In this document: positions 38,501-51,690 of the stretch, one piece after another
Position numbering within the stretch: position 1 is the stretch's first letter
Layout of the letters: each line of letters begins with the position of its first letter
Source of the DNA: Octopus sinensis
Lineage: Eukaryota
NCBI RefSeq assembly: GCF_006345805.1
Contig: NC_043022.1
Coordinates: 17,422,001 to 17,486,000, forward strand
Reading direction: 5' to 3'
DNA length: 64,000 bases
Position numbers and translations under genes: made by a program
Notes under the pieces: model-generated
Told to the model about the DNA's origin: nothing
Database searches by the model: none
The model's input: the letters and a program-made list of their open reading frames with translations, nothing else

Positions 38501-41500
38501 TGAATGATCTGGAATATTCTTTAGCTGGATGGGCAGAGTCCTCAAAGCTTCTAGCTGAATAACTACGTTCATACCGTCTGTGAGAAAAAAAAGGGAAACT
38601 ACATTTTCTATAGATTATTTATCTATTACTGATCATTAAAGATGGTAAGAAATGAGATGACAATTTGTTCTATATAGATTTATTTATGAAAAAAATTATT
38701 TTACTGAATAGTTTATAGACACACGAGTTATATGAGAGCTTTAATCATTACTTCAGGATACAAGTTATGACAATTCTCTCTTTTCCAAGTCAAAATTCAA
38801 TTTTTTTTAATTAGAAATTTTGGTGCGGTGAAATATCACATCAAGTCTTCAGTTGAAAATAAAAGCACACATGCACACAAACATTAAAGAAGTTATTCCA
38901 TTTCAATGAACAATATGATGGTTTGCTAACTGAAAAGCAGTGACTTGTGGTTTACAGTTTTGGACGAGACCACATTTGCACCAAATTCACCTGAGACAGA
39001 GAACATAAGAGCATGCATAAAAATAAAATAAATCCTTTCAGTGAGATTGAATAACAGTTTTTACAAGAAACATAATCAGTTGACTCTCTTCATTATTTAC
39101 TGAATGATGACTTAATATCAGACAGAACTGAAGGATGTAATAAAGCAGTCAGTATTCTGGATATAGACCCAGAATACAAGTTATGTGCTAACTCATTGCT
39201 TATTTCAGTGGTTTTCAACCAGGGTCTATATGGCCCTTAGGGATCCATATAAGATTAGATTTTGTTGATGTTAGGAAGGGCATCCACCCAAAGAAACCAT
39301 GACAAACAAGACTGGAACTTGGTGCAGCTCTCTAGCTTACCAGTTCCAGTCAAACCATGTAACCCGTGCTAGCATGGAAAGCAGATGCTAAACGATGATG
39401 ATGAAGAGTTTATCTCCAATAAATTGGTTATACTTCCACAAAACACAAAGTATTTTTAATAATTATTTTTATACAATTCCGAATTAATATTTAATTTTAA
39501 AAATATAATAGGCTAGGAAAGTTCACCCAAGTAAAATAAGAATCAAAGGGGGTCCAAAGGTAAAACAAAATGGTTGAGAAACACTATCATTTGTTAGAGT
39601 TGATGGTTTATATGAACACAAATATATTGCCAAGTGGGCAAAATTAAATACTGTACAGTACTTACAGAGTAACAGTTCTTCCAAAAGATACAAAAACCAA
39701 AATAAAGCCAAATTCAACAAAATATGGGAAGAAACATTTTGATCATATGACAGCAAGCACGAAACATTAATACATATATTGGTGCAAATATATAGGAAAC
39801 AATGTTGGATTCAATATGCAAGGTGTGTCATAAGATTTGTTTGAGGCCACCTCTTTCAAGAGCTCTAACTTTCTTCCAACTTTGTTTTTCTTTAGCTTAC
39901 TTTTCAGATAATGTCAGGCATCAGGTTGACTCAGCATTGTCTTAAAAAGTGTAGCATAGAGATAGAGAGATAGCTCACTTCCTGAAAGTTGCATGATCCT
40001 TCATTGTCAAAGTTCGAAAGGAGCTGGAAGCTGCTGACAGGGATCCAACATTAGCAGCTAAATGCAAAATGCATGCAAAGGGTACTAATTCCTTCAGAAC
40101 ACATAACTTTGTACAAAATGCTCAAGAAATAATCAATAAAAACTCCATAAAGTTAATTCGACCCATTGCAAAGGACCTGAAAATTTCAGAAGTGTTGTGC
40201 ATGACGACATCTGGTATAAGTTCTATGTGATGCAAAGGTCAGTTTATGTCGGATGTGACAAGAGAGAATTGTTCAATCTGAGCAGAGTGCTTTCCAAACA
40301 AGTTAGAACACCAAGAGGTTGGAATTCTTTGGTTTTCCTTTGATGAGAAGAACTCATCAAAGGCAAACCAAATGGATGACAGATGGTTATGCTGAGACCT
40401 GAATGAGGTTCCAGATGGTTCTGAGAGTCCTCAGCAACATGGGAAATGTCATGCCTCCTCGCTTTGTGTTCACTGGGCTTAAGAGTCAATACCATCATCT
40501 ACACAGAGGTATTGGAACAAGTTGTGAGGCCCTGAATAGACAGAGTGTGCAAGAGAAGACTACATTTTCCAAGAAGATTCTGTACAGTCTCATAAAGCTA
40601 CAACCCAAGCATGAATGCATGCCAATCTCTATGATCAAATTCTCCCAGACACAACCTTTTAGCTCACCAGATGGGACATGGTCAACAAAGAGGTTTATCA
40701 ACACCCCCATAACACCAGACAATGTCTGAAGTCTACCATAACCAGCACTATATCCAAAATTGATAAAGATCATCTGATTCAGGTATATCAATGCTTTTGA
40801 CTCCATATTGAAGTAGCCATTGATGCTAACTGTGGATTCATTGAATAAGTGTGATAAAAGAATTCCCAAGAATATTTGTGCCAATTTGTTTTTAAATACA
40901 ACTTTTCTTTGATGAGCTATGCACCTTTTTCTAAATTCATACAAATGACTTAAAAAAAACTGATGCATTTTGTATTATTTGAATTACAAACCTGTAAGTG
41001 TAATAAATATAGGAGGACATAAACAACTGTAGTCTAATATTCCACAAAATATTTTCATTAATTGAGATGTATTGCTGGACCAACTGATTTAACTTAAATT
41101 TGTTTCAATTTTTGAATGACATTATATTTTGATATCAAGTGAGAGAATAGAAAGTGAACCACTCCAGATACAAAACTTTTCCATTCTCTAAATCATCATC
41201 ACAACCATTTAACGTCCATTTTCAATGCCAGTATGAATTGCAGTTTGACAGGAGCTGGCAAGCCAGAGAGCTGAATAAAAGCATCAAATGTCTGTTTTGT
41301 CAAGGTTTCTACAGCTGGATGCCCTTCCTAATGCCAGCCACTTTACAGAGTGGACTGGAAGTAAATGTATATTTTTTAAAAACATTCTTATGCCTCCCAT
41401 GCTTTGTTTAACAAGAGAAATAGAAAGACTAAGATGAAGTAGATCAAACCTTACCTATCATCCCAGTTTTCTCGACTTCTATTCCGGGTAAAACTACTTG

Positions 41501-43893
41501 TTTCACCATCATCATATGACAGTCTTTGACCAAAACCCTCTGCTCGACCACGACCTACAGGATAAAAAAAAAATCCAATTAAAAGGAATAATAATGACAT
41601 AAAAGGCAATCAATTCCTTGCATTTCAAAGTACAAAGTTTTGGATGTATAGGGAACAGATAAGGGGGAATAGATTGGATAAAACAGAGTAGTTTAAGAGT
41701 GACATAAACTCCTCAAATCATCGAGTTTAATTTTAATAAAGAACTCACCTTCAATTCTAGTAGTCTTGTCAATGTTGGAGAAATTAGCCATATTACATTT
41801 CATGAATACATAACATACTAAGTCAATCATTATTAGAAACTGAACAACAACAAAAAACACATTGAGACTCTGATCTTTTGCATATTGGAAACCTGTATTA
41901 ACAGCTCTTTTGCCATTTCAGTTATATCTATTCATGACCTTAATTCACTTCTGTTTTTTTTCGGTTAAATAAAAAAAAAAACAGTAAATAAAGTGTTGAT
42001 TGACACGAAAATATATAAGACTAATGAATACCATTTAGAAACATGCAGGAGAAAATTGCAGAGGCATTTAGTCTTGAGTCTCAACTCCAGTGCCAGTATT
42101 TGTTTGTTTAATGTATTTTGTTCCAGGTTCAACAGAGACTTATTTGAGGCAGAACTTTACTAGTTGATGTTTTTCAAGTAAGAGATTTGAATTCACAAGT
42201 TTTCAAAAGTGTATAGAAACAAGCCTTAACCTTTTAGCATTTAAACCAGCCATATCCGGGCCCTGAATGTTTTATCTGCCAAATCTGGCCAAGCACACCT
42301 ACCCTACAATCTCATTATAGAAATGAAGAATCACATTATTGAAATCTCAAAGCTACAAGATAATATGTGATTAAATGAAAATATTGTGAATAAATAAGCA
42401 ATGCATTTGACAGAATAATGTGAATGCTAAACAGTTAATGTCAACAAGGAATGTAAACATCATCTCACTGCTTCACTCAAACAGTGACAAGCAAAGATAT
42501 GAAATGTTAGCATTCATACACACAAACACACGATAGACTTGCACACAAGTTTCCTTCTACCAAATACACTCACAAGGAACTGGGTTTTAGTAGAAGATGC
42601 TTGCTAAGATGTTGGATATTTGGCCTTGTGACTGGCACAGTCTTATTAGATTTTGGGATCGATCCGGTACAGGAATAGGATTCTGGATTATTCTTTAATC
42701 TTTTCTTTTGTAAAGTTTCACATGGTTCTCTTGTACACACATACACTCACACATTTTCAGCAGTGAACATTACCATCACATTTCCATTGTACATACACAC
42801 ACATACATGCAAGCAAACATATCTTTCTTTTACACACACACACACATACACCTCAAACGCCATTCCTCAGCTTTTTCACTTCCTTCATTATTCATCTATC
42901 ACCCCTTCCTTTCTCTCTCTCTGCCACTTTGTTTCCTCTTTCTCATTGTCATTATTTTCTCTTCCTCTCACTCATGGCTATTACTCTCATTACTTCATTA
43001 TTAGTATTTCATCTCCTTTCCCTCTCACTCAATTTGTATTAGCAGATGTTACAGATACATATTTTTCCGACCACGATACAGTATGCATTTCATTACAATT
43101 ATAATTATGTTCAATTGCATTTCTCTCCCAAAGTTCCTGTTCCATTTCAACAAATGTTTCCAAAACTTTTACACAGTGATTCCCAAAGACTTTTCAACGT
43201 GTGCGCTCAAGTCATGCAAATATTTTCGTTAGCCAGATGATACACACACAGCATCATAAACACGTGCCTGCACACCCACTTGCACATTCTATGACTCCCA
43301 CTGGGATCAATCACATATCAGACAAGGTATATGGATTATTTTTCTGCTTGAAAATGATTGGGTTCATTTTGAGGATTCTCATTTGTGAGAGCAGTCGATT
43401 TTATTTCAGATATTTTCATTTTAAAAATCATCTCCGGTTAATGTATCAACCCCACTCAACTGCTGGTCACAATGGTTTCCCAGTAATCCTTCTCAAATCA
43501 TGTAAGCATGCCCTGGCAAAACCCCTCCAGATTTTCTTCCAGAGCTTTCTTGCAAATGGCAGGCTGCAAGGAAGCTGAAGGGGGGGAATAAATGTGTCCA
43601 ATCCATAAAAGGGGAAGCAATATATAGATATAAATATATACATACATATATATATATATATATACATACACATATATACATACATACATATACATACACA
43701 TATGTATATACACACACATATAGGCGCAGGAGTGGCTGTGTGGTAAGTAGCTTGCTAACCAACCACATGGTTCCGGGTTCAGTCCCACTGCGTGGCATCT
43801 TGGGCAAGTGTCTTCTGCTATAGCTCCGGGCCAACCAATGCCTTGTGAGTGGATTTGGTAGACGGAAACTGAAAGAAGCCTGTCGTATATATG

Positions 43894-43934
<41 letters not shown>

Positions 43935-46900
43935 TTGTGTGTCTGTGTTTGTCCCCCTAGCATTGCTTGACAACCGATGCTGGTGTGTTTATGTCCCCAT
44001 CACTTAGCGGTTCGGCAAAAAGAGACCGATAGAATAAGTACTGGGCTTACAAAGAATAAGTCACGGGGTCGAGTTGCTCGACTAAAGGCGGTGCTCCAGC
44101 ATGGCCACAGTCAAATGACTGAAACAAGTAAAAGAGTAAAAAGAGTATATATATATATATACATATATATATATACAAATCAAAAATCAAAATCAATTCA
44201 ATGACTGGCGTCCATGCTAGCGGGGTACAAAGAGCACCATACGAGTGTGATTATTGACAGAGGGGCTAACTGGCTTCTGTGCCAGTGGCACTTAAAAGGC
44301 ACCATTCGAGTGTGACTGTTACCAGCGTCGCACTACTGGCACTTGAGGAGCCCCATGCTAGTAAGGTATTAAGAGCACCATCCGAGCATGATTGTTGCCA
44401 GAGCGGCTATCTGGCCTCCGTGCCAGTGGTACGTAAAAAACACCATTCGAGCGGGATCATTACCAACATCGCCTTACTGGCACCTGTGCTGGTGGCATGT
44501 GTAAAAAGGATTCGAGCGAGGTTGTTGCCAGTGCTGCCCAACTGGCCCTGTGCCGGTGGAACGTAAAAGCACCCACTATACTCTCAGAGTGGTTGGCGTT
44601 AGGAAGGGCATCCAGCTGTAGAAACTCTGCCAGATCAAGATTGAAGCCTGGTGCAGCCATCTGGTTCGCCAGCCCTCAGTCATACGTCCAACCCATGCTA
44701 GCATGGAAAACGGACGTTAAACAATGATGATACACATATATATACACACACGTATATATACATATACATATATATACGCATATATATATATTTGGGGGCC
44801 TGTTGCATCATAATAAAAGCAAAATTTCTTTCCTGAGAGATCTTACTGCATGCAATCTAGCCCTATGAAGAGCACTCGTAGAAACTCACCTCAACCCTGA
44901 TATAGAGGATGCAGAAATACATGTACCAAACTATGCCATACTGCAAACAGACAGAAGGGAAAGGAGCCATGGTGGAGTTGCTGTATACATCCGTGACAAC
45001 CTCACACACTCTAATTGTATACATTAATTGTATATGTAAGACAACATAATATAGTCATATGCAATAGATATTGCCCACCAGATGCTCCAAACCACATAGG
45101 CAAGTTTAAAGATTGCCTCACAAGAATTCAAGTAATCCTCATGAAACTGGAACACCACATGACCATATTTCTTATGGGTGATTTCAACTTCCCCAACGTC
45201 AAATGGCCCGAAGGTCTCATACTCTCAGGAATGACTAATTCAGGTAGAGTCCCAGCTCAACCTCACCAATGCCCTATTCATGGAGCAAGCTGTACTCAGA
45301 CCAACTAGGACGAATAACATTCTGGATCTCTGCTTCACAAACAATATGCACATCGTTCATGATGTGAAAGTGCCGCTGACATTAGTCTCGGATCACAACA
45401 TAATAGAGCTGTCTATGTTTGGACCGAAAGTAACCAGAGACATACAACCTAAAGGAAGCACCCGAAATCTCTCCAATCTGAACTTCCACAAAGCAGACTG
45501 GAAATCGATCCAAAAAGAGATCCTCAGAGAGTACTGGCCAAAATGTCTCTCCACACCAGACATTGAAATGAAACTAGAATTTTTCATGTCTGTTGTGCAA
45601 GCCATATGCCAGAAATTTGTCTCAGAGCACAAGGCCAAAACAAACAGGAACAAGATTCCAAGGGAGAGGAAGATCCTCATGAGACGATGGACGAAGGTTG
45701 CAAATCGCCTCAACCAACATCCCCAAAATAGCAAAAGGTCCCTCCCAGAAACAACACTGATGGAGATTGAAAAAAAGCCTGCAAAAATCATATGTGGGGA
45801 GAGAGCAAAGAAGCATGGGTTATAAAAAAACATTAAGTCAAACCCAAAGGCTTTTCATTACACGAAAGAAACAGCCTCAGTACACTGCAAGATAGGACCC
45901 CTCTTCCAAAAGGATGGCACCCTCACATAGAGTCCAACCAGGATCAGTGAGGTACTGAATGACCAATCCAAAAGCCTCTTTACCACTCCGTTGGAACAGA
46001 CAAGTGAACAAACCAGTGGATTTCTTTGCCGCCTCGCCTATAACCAGCGATGCAGTTACAATGGAATACATCAACATTAGCAAAGATATACTACTAGCCA
46101 TCGATGAGATGGACACTAACTCAACTGCTGATCTTGATGGTTTCCCAGCAATGCTCCTCAAATCGTGCACGCGTGCCCTGGCAAAACCCCTCCAGATTCT
46201 CTTCTAGAACTTTCTTGCAAATGACAGGCAAGCAAGCAAGCTGAAGGAGAGAATAATATGCCCAATCCATAAAGGAGGAAGCAGAGCAGATGCCAAAAGC
46301 TACAGGCCTATCTCTCTTGATTTCACACATCAGCAAAGTCATAAACCAGATAGTCACAGGGAAACTAATCGCATTCCTAGAAGAAAATGACTTGCTGAGT
46401 GATACCCAGCATGGCTTTCGACCACGTAAAAACTGCCTGACCCAGCTCTTACAACACTATAACTGGGTGTTGAGGCAGTTACTCAACAACTCAAGGTTAT
46501 AGCCCAACTAATTAGGGAGAGAGTTAGTTTAGACAAGATTCAATTTGGTTTTGTACCAGGAAGAAGCACCACTAATGCTGTATTTCTGGTAAGACAGCTG
46601 CAGGAGAAATACATAGCCAAAGATAAACCACTGTACTTGGCTGACGTTGATATGGAGAAAGCCTTTGACAGGGTCCCCCAATCCCTTCTCTGGTGGTTAA
46701 TTTGGAAACTAGGGACAGATGAGTGGTTAGTGAAAGCTGTACAAGCCATGTACAGGGATGCTGTCAGTAAGGTGAGAGTGGGCAACGAGTATAATGAAGA
46801 ATTCTGGGTAGAAGTAGAGGTTCACCAAAGATAATTCCTCAGCCCCTCTTATTCATTATAGTCCTCCAGGTAATAACAGACGAATTTAAGACAGGATGCC

Positions 46901-49900
46901 ACTGGGAGCTCCTCTATACCGATGACCTTGCTCTACTAGCTGAATCACTACCAGAACTAGAGATGAAGTTTCAGGTGTGGAAGCAAGGTCTAGAATCGAA
47001 GAGCCTTAGAGTCAATCTAGCAAAAACCAAAATCTTAGTAAGTAGGAAGGCAGACAAATCACAAATCCCTTCAGGTAGATGGCCTTGCTCAATCTGTAGA
47101 AAAGGTGCAGGTAAAAACCCCATAAGATGTACCCAGTGTAAGCTTTGGACACATAAAAGGTGCAGCAATATCAAAGGAAGGTTAATTGGGAAGATATTTT
47201 TTGTGTGTGGCAGATGCATAGGGGCAATAGACACTGAAGATATGCAGAAAACAGCTTCCGTCACATGCCAGGGAGAAAAACTAGAAGTTGTTAATAACTT
47301 CTGTTACCTAGGTGAGCAAGTCAGTAGCAAGGGTGGATGCTCTGAGAGCATAGCTGCTAGAATAAGAATGGCCTGTGCAAAGTTCAGAGAGTTCCAACTT
47401 CTGCTGATGACAGTACCCAACTGACCCTACTATACTGTGTAGTTGACAAAATCAAAAACAAACACTGCGCATGCACAAATTTTAAAATATAAAATGGCGA
47501 CAATTTATCCATCACACGCTGTATATATTTGATTTATATACTTTTCACATATATCTTCTTTTTATCATTTATTTACTTTTAATTTTAATTTGTATTGTGA
47601 ATCAATATTATGTGTGTTTCTGTGCATTTATGTTTGCATATGAATTCCATTTAGCTGATGGTGTATGTATTTCATCTTCTAGTTTTCTTCAAAAATAAAT
47701 TCCTGTATTTCATTCTGTTTTACCTCTACCAGTAATTTGCACAATTCTTCTATATGAAAATTTTGTTATAGAACACCCAATTGAATATTAGCTAATGACT
47801 CATTTTCCATGGTGATAGTGAAATAAAAAAATTTAAATAATTTTATATTTTGTTGATTCTGCATTTACCTGTAATTCGATTTTGGGGTTAAGAGCCTTTT
47901 CTTAAGTTGTATTCCAAGTATCACATTAATATGTTAATAAAAAAAGAGAAGTTAAGGTTGCTTTAAGAAATCAGTCTTATGTTACCATTATAATAGAATT
48001 TAATTGAAACACATAAAGTGCATATCTTGCCTAGAGATAAAGTAATAAAAAAGGTAGTGCCAACATTTCCACCTCTTCCTAAACCATAGCAAGATATTTT
48101 TACATAATGAAACTTCAGATTTATAGGAAAGCAACTGGAAAATGCAATTTAACATTTTCCCAAGCAGAAAATCAAAAAATTTTACTATTACACATATTTA
48201 GACATCCAAACAATCCAATTTATATATGTGTGTGTGTGTATAAGCTAATGATTTCCAACACAAATACAATGAAGCCAAGCACTTACCTCTTCCTCGACCT
48301 CGTTCCCCTCCTCCTCTGCCTCCCCTTCCACTGCTTCCTCCTCTCCCAGACAATCGAAGAACTGCACAACTGTTCACTGACTGGGACATAAGCCGCTGAA
48401 AAGACAGGCCATAGGATCATTAGTCGTTATCATGCACCAGTTAAAAATTGGGGAATAAAATAGTTTCAGGTTTTTCTGGGGTTTTTTTTCATAATCAACT
48501 CCCTTTTAAGCAGCTGCCTAAACCACAATTATTTTGAAGTATTTTTCTCCGTCACCACAGAGTTTACCTCTCGTGCTGGTGTTTAACAGTTGGGAACCCT
48601 GCTGTTGCTCTTACAATTGGAGAGAGAGAAAACATTTCACCTGTCTCATTTGTTACACCTCTGTAACACACTGTCTGTACTTGACAACTATAAAGCCATG
48701 AACTCAACCATACTCACTGCCCTAAACATCAAAAAGTGACAACCACATACATCTTGATTCAACTGCTTTCATAAAGACATTAACATTTCCCATAATTTTG
48801 CTACAGGCAGATAAATATATACATAGGAGGTTGTCTTGATTCATAATATGCAGGTTTAGTGTTCTTTACCCACATTTTGTTTCAGTTTTATAACCCTTTC
48901 AATGCCCATTATAGTCAGTTTGCGTAATGATAAATAAGCGACATACATTTACATTTCAAACACACCCAACTCCAATAATTCTTTGTCTTTTAAAATTACT
49001 AAGCAACAACTATGAAAACTCTATTTTCTACTTTCATCCTACAATATGGTTCAAAACTTTCTCAACAGATTGAAAATGAACTATCAAAACTGTTTGAAGC
49101 TGATATTACAAGATTTCAGATTGGAAGTCCTTAGTTTCATCCAGACATTCCACTGTCAATGTCTAATTACATCTATTATGTAACATTGTTTAATTTAATG
49201 GACGTCAGTGAATTAGCATCACTGCCTTCAATGTTGAAGACAGTTACTCAACTCGTGGTCACTCTGCATGCACTCCCTCAAACTCTTCCTTGAAGACTGA
49301 AAATGGTGGTTCTTACAGATATCACATATCTTCCCAATAGCAGGACACTTCCCCACACTATGGATCATGGTATTGATCAGACAATCAGATGTTGTTATAC
49401 ATCAAGTGTCACAAGGCACTTCCTTGCATTGTTCTTGTTTTCGAACGATGCCACCTTCTTGCTGGCTAGGCAAACAAGCTAACATTTCCCCTGGCTATTC
49501 CATCACAGAGTGGACTGGAACAACATGAAATGAAGTGTTTTGCTTCAGAACTTCCAGCCCAGGAATCGAACTCTTGATCTAGAAATCATGAGTGCTATAC
49601 ACTGACTAAAAGACCACATGCTTTCACACATTGTGGATAGAACCACAAATTTTACATGTAATCTTTTTCTGACAAATTCTTCTAGCATATTATTAGTAGG
49701 TGTCAAATTAAAATCAATTGTTTCAAACTGCCAAATATGGCTAAGATAGCCTGGCAACAGCATTTCATGTCCTGAAGCTCCATCTGTTCAAATATTTCAG
49801 AATTATGTGCAGAATTTAACAGTCCATCAATTAGTTACATTTGTAGGTCATTTTTAGCAGAATATCCTTCTGCCTCCGACTTATCAATTTCACAAAAACA

Positions 49901-51637
49901 TGCAGCTCCACTCATAATAACAATGTATCTGGTTCAGATTCAAAAAACCTGTCCTCTCAACAAGGATATTATAGTCTTTTGTGTGTGTTTCTGTGAAGTT
50001 CATCTCCTCCAGTACTTTACACTATCACAGAGGTTACTTTGGAACTCTGATTTAGCTATCAGTGTCAGTTCAATTTGCAACTTGCAGAATTATTTGAAGG
50101 TTGAATTCGTCTTTTATCCTTTCAGGGTCCATAAAATAAGTACCAGTTGAGCACTGGGGTCAATGTAACTGAACAGACTTAACCCCAAAATTGTTGGCCT
50201 TGTGCCAATTTAAAGCCAATATTCTCAACTCTTACTTAATTATTTCTTTAATATTAGCAGGATACTTGACTTTCTTTAACCCAGGCTTCAGTGAAATTAG
50301 GATCAGACAGTGATTCTCCAAATCCCATCAACAGTGCCACTGTTATGACATCAATCAGTGAAAGTCATTCAGGCTGAGTCATATATCATCATGGAAAACA
50401 CATGCAACACGACTGTTGTAAAACAATGATGTAACAGTTACAACATAAACTCATAAGAAGCGAGAGTTCAGTACCTTGTCCATTAGACAACTATACCAAT
50501 CATCACTAGAAATGTAAAAATTTATTAACTAGGCAGAACAGATTAGGTTTGTGTGTGTGCGCAATGTTCATGCTTATATTATGAAGAAAACAGAAGACAA
50601 CAAAACAGTCTTGATATAAATCTCCCATTCTTGACTACAGAGCAGATTTGAACTTGAAAAGTCACACAGGGCTGCTATGCTTTCTGTCAACACCAACAAA
50701 GAGCAAAATTCAGGGGTTTTTTTTTTTAATATTTTTTTCCTTCATTCATTCATGATTGAATTATTAAATACATTTCTTGACAATCTTTTTCAACAAAACT
50801 ATTCTGAAGGCCTTGAAAGATTTCACTTCTTGATACACCCTCAGCCCACAGAGAACAGACGATCTCTATAAGATACTTTTCATGAGAGAGAGCAAAAGGT
50901 CAACTTAACATTTCAAGGTTAAACATATACCATAGTCACTCATGGGATGAAAACAATAGCTAATAAGTGCTGAGCTCTAATTGTGGAAAGTAGCTGTGGA
51001 AGGGATAGACCTAAGAAGACATGGGACGAAGTGGTGAAAAAGGAAATGTCAAGGGACTGGGAGATGTGGTGATTTGCTGTACTTGATAAAACACGTCAAA
51101 CTAAGTAGAATCATTGTCTTCTTTTCAGGTATTGATACCACATAAAAAGTACCCATGCTGGGGCTGCATAGAAACGCCTGTGACAGAGGCACATAAAAAA
51201 CACCCAGCACACTGTTAAGTGGTTGGCATTAGGAAGGGCATCCAGCTGTAGAAACCATGCCACAATAGACCATTGGAGTCTGGACAGCTCCCTGCTAGCC
51301 ACCTCCATGTCAAACCCATGCCAGCATGGAAAGTGAATGTTAAACAATGATGATGCACATGATTAATGTCTCACCCCATGCATGTGCGTGTGTATTGTTA
51401 ACCGTTTCTGTGATGGCATCCAGTCAGAGAGGTCCCAACTGTCCGAGTCATTTATCTTACTAATTACAACTGGATACTCTTCTTATTGCCAACCACTTTA
51501 CAGAGTGTATTGGGTGTGTTTTCTCATGACACCAACACAAAAGAGGTTAAATAATGCAACCTCAGGACTTTATGCAATCTCTGATCGTTTGCAAAGCTCA
51601 CATCTAGCATACAGCTACATATGTCTCTACCATAGCC

Positions 51638-51690
<53 letters not shown>

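Noticed and set aside
40455-40500. Apparent shared frameshift between the two maT copies (40.5 kb and 63.97 kb)
   Set aside because: On translation the 63.97 kb copy is in frame (RGLRVN), so the shift is private to the 40.5 kb copy.
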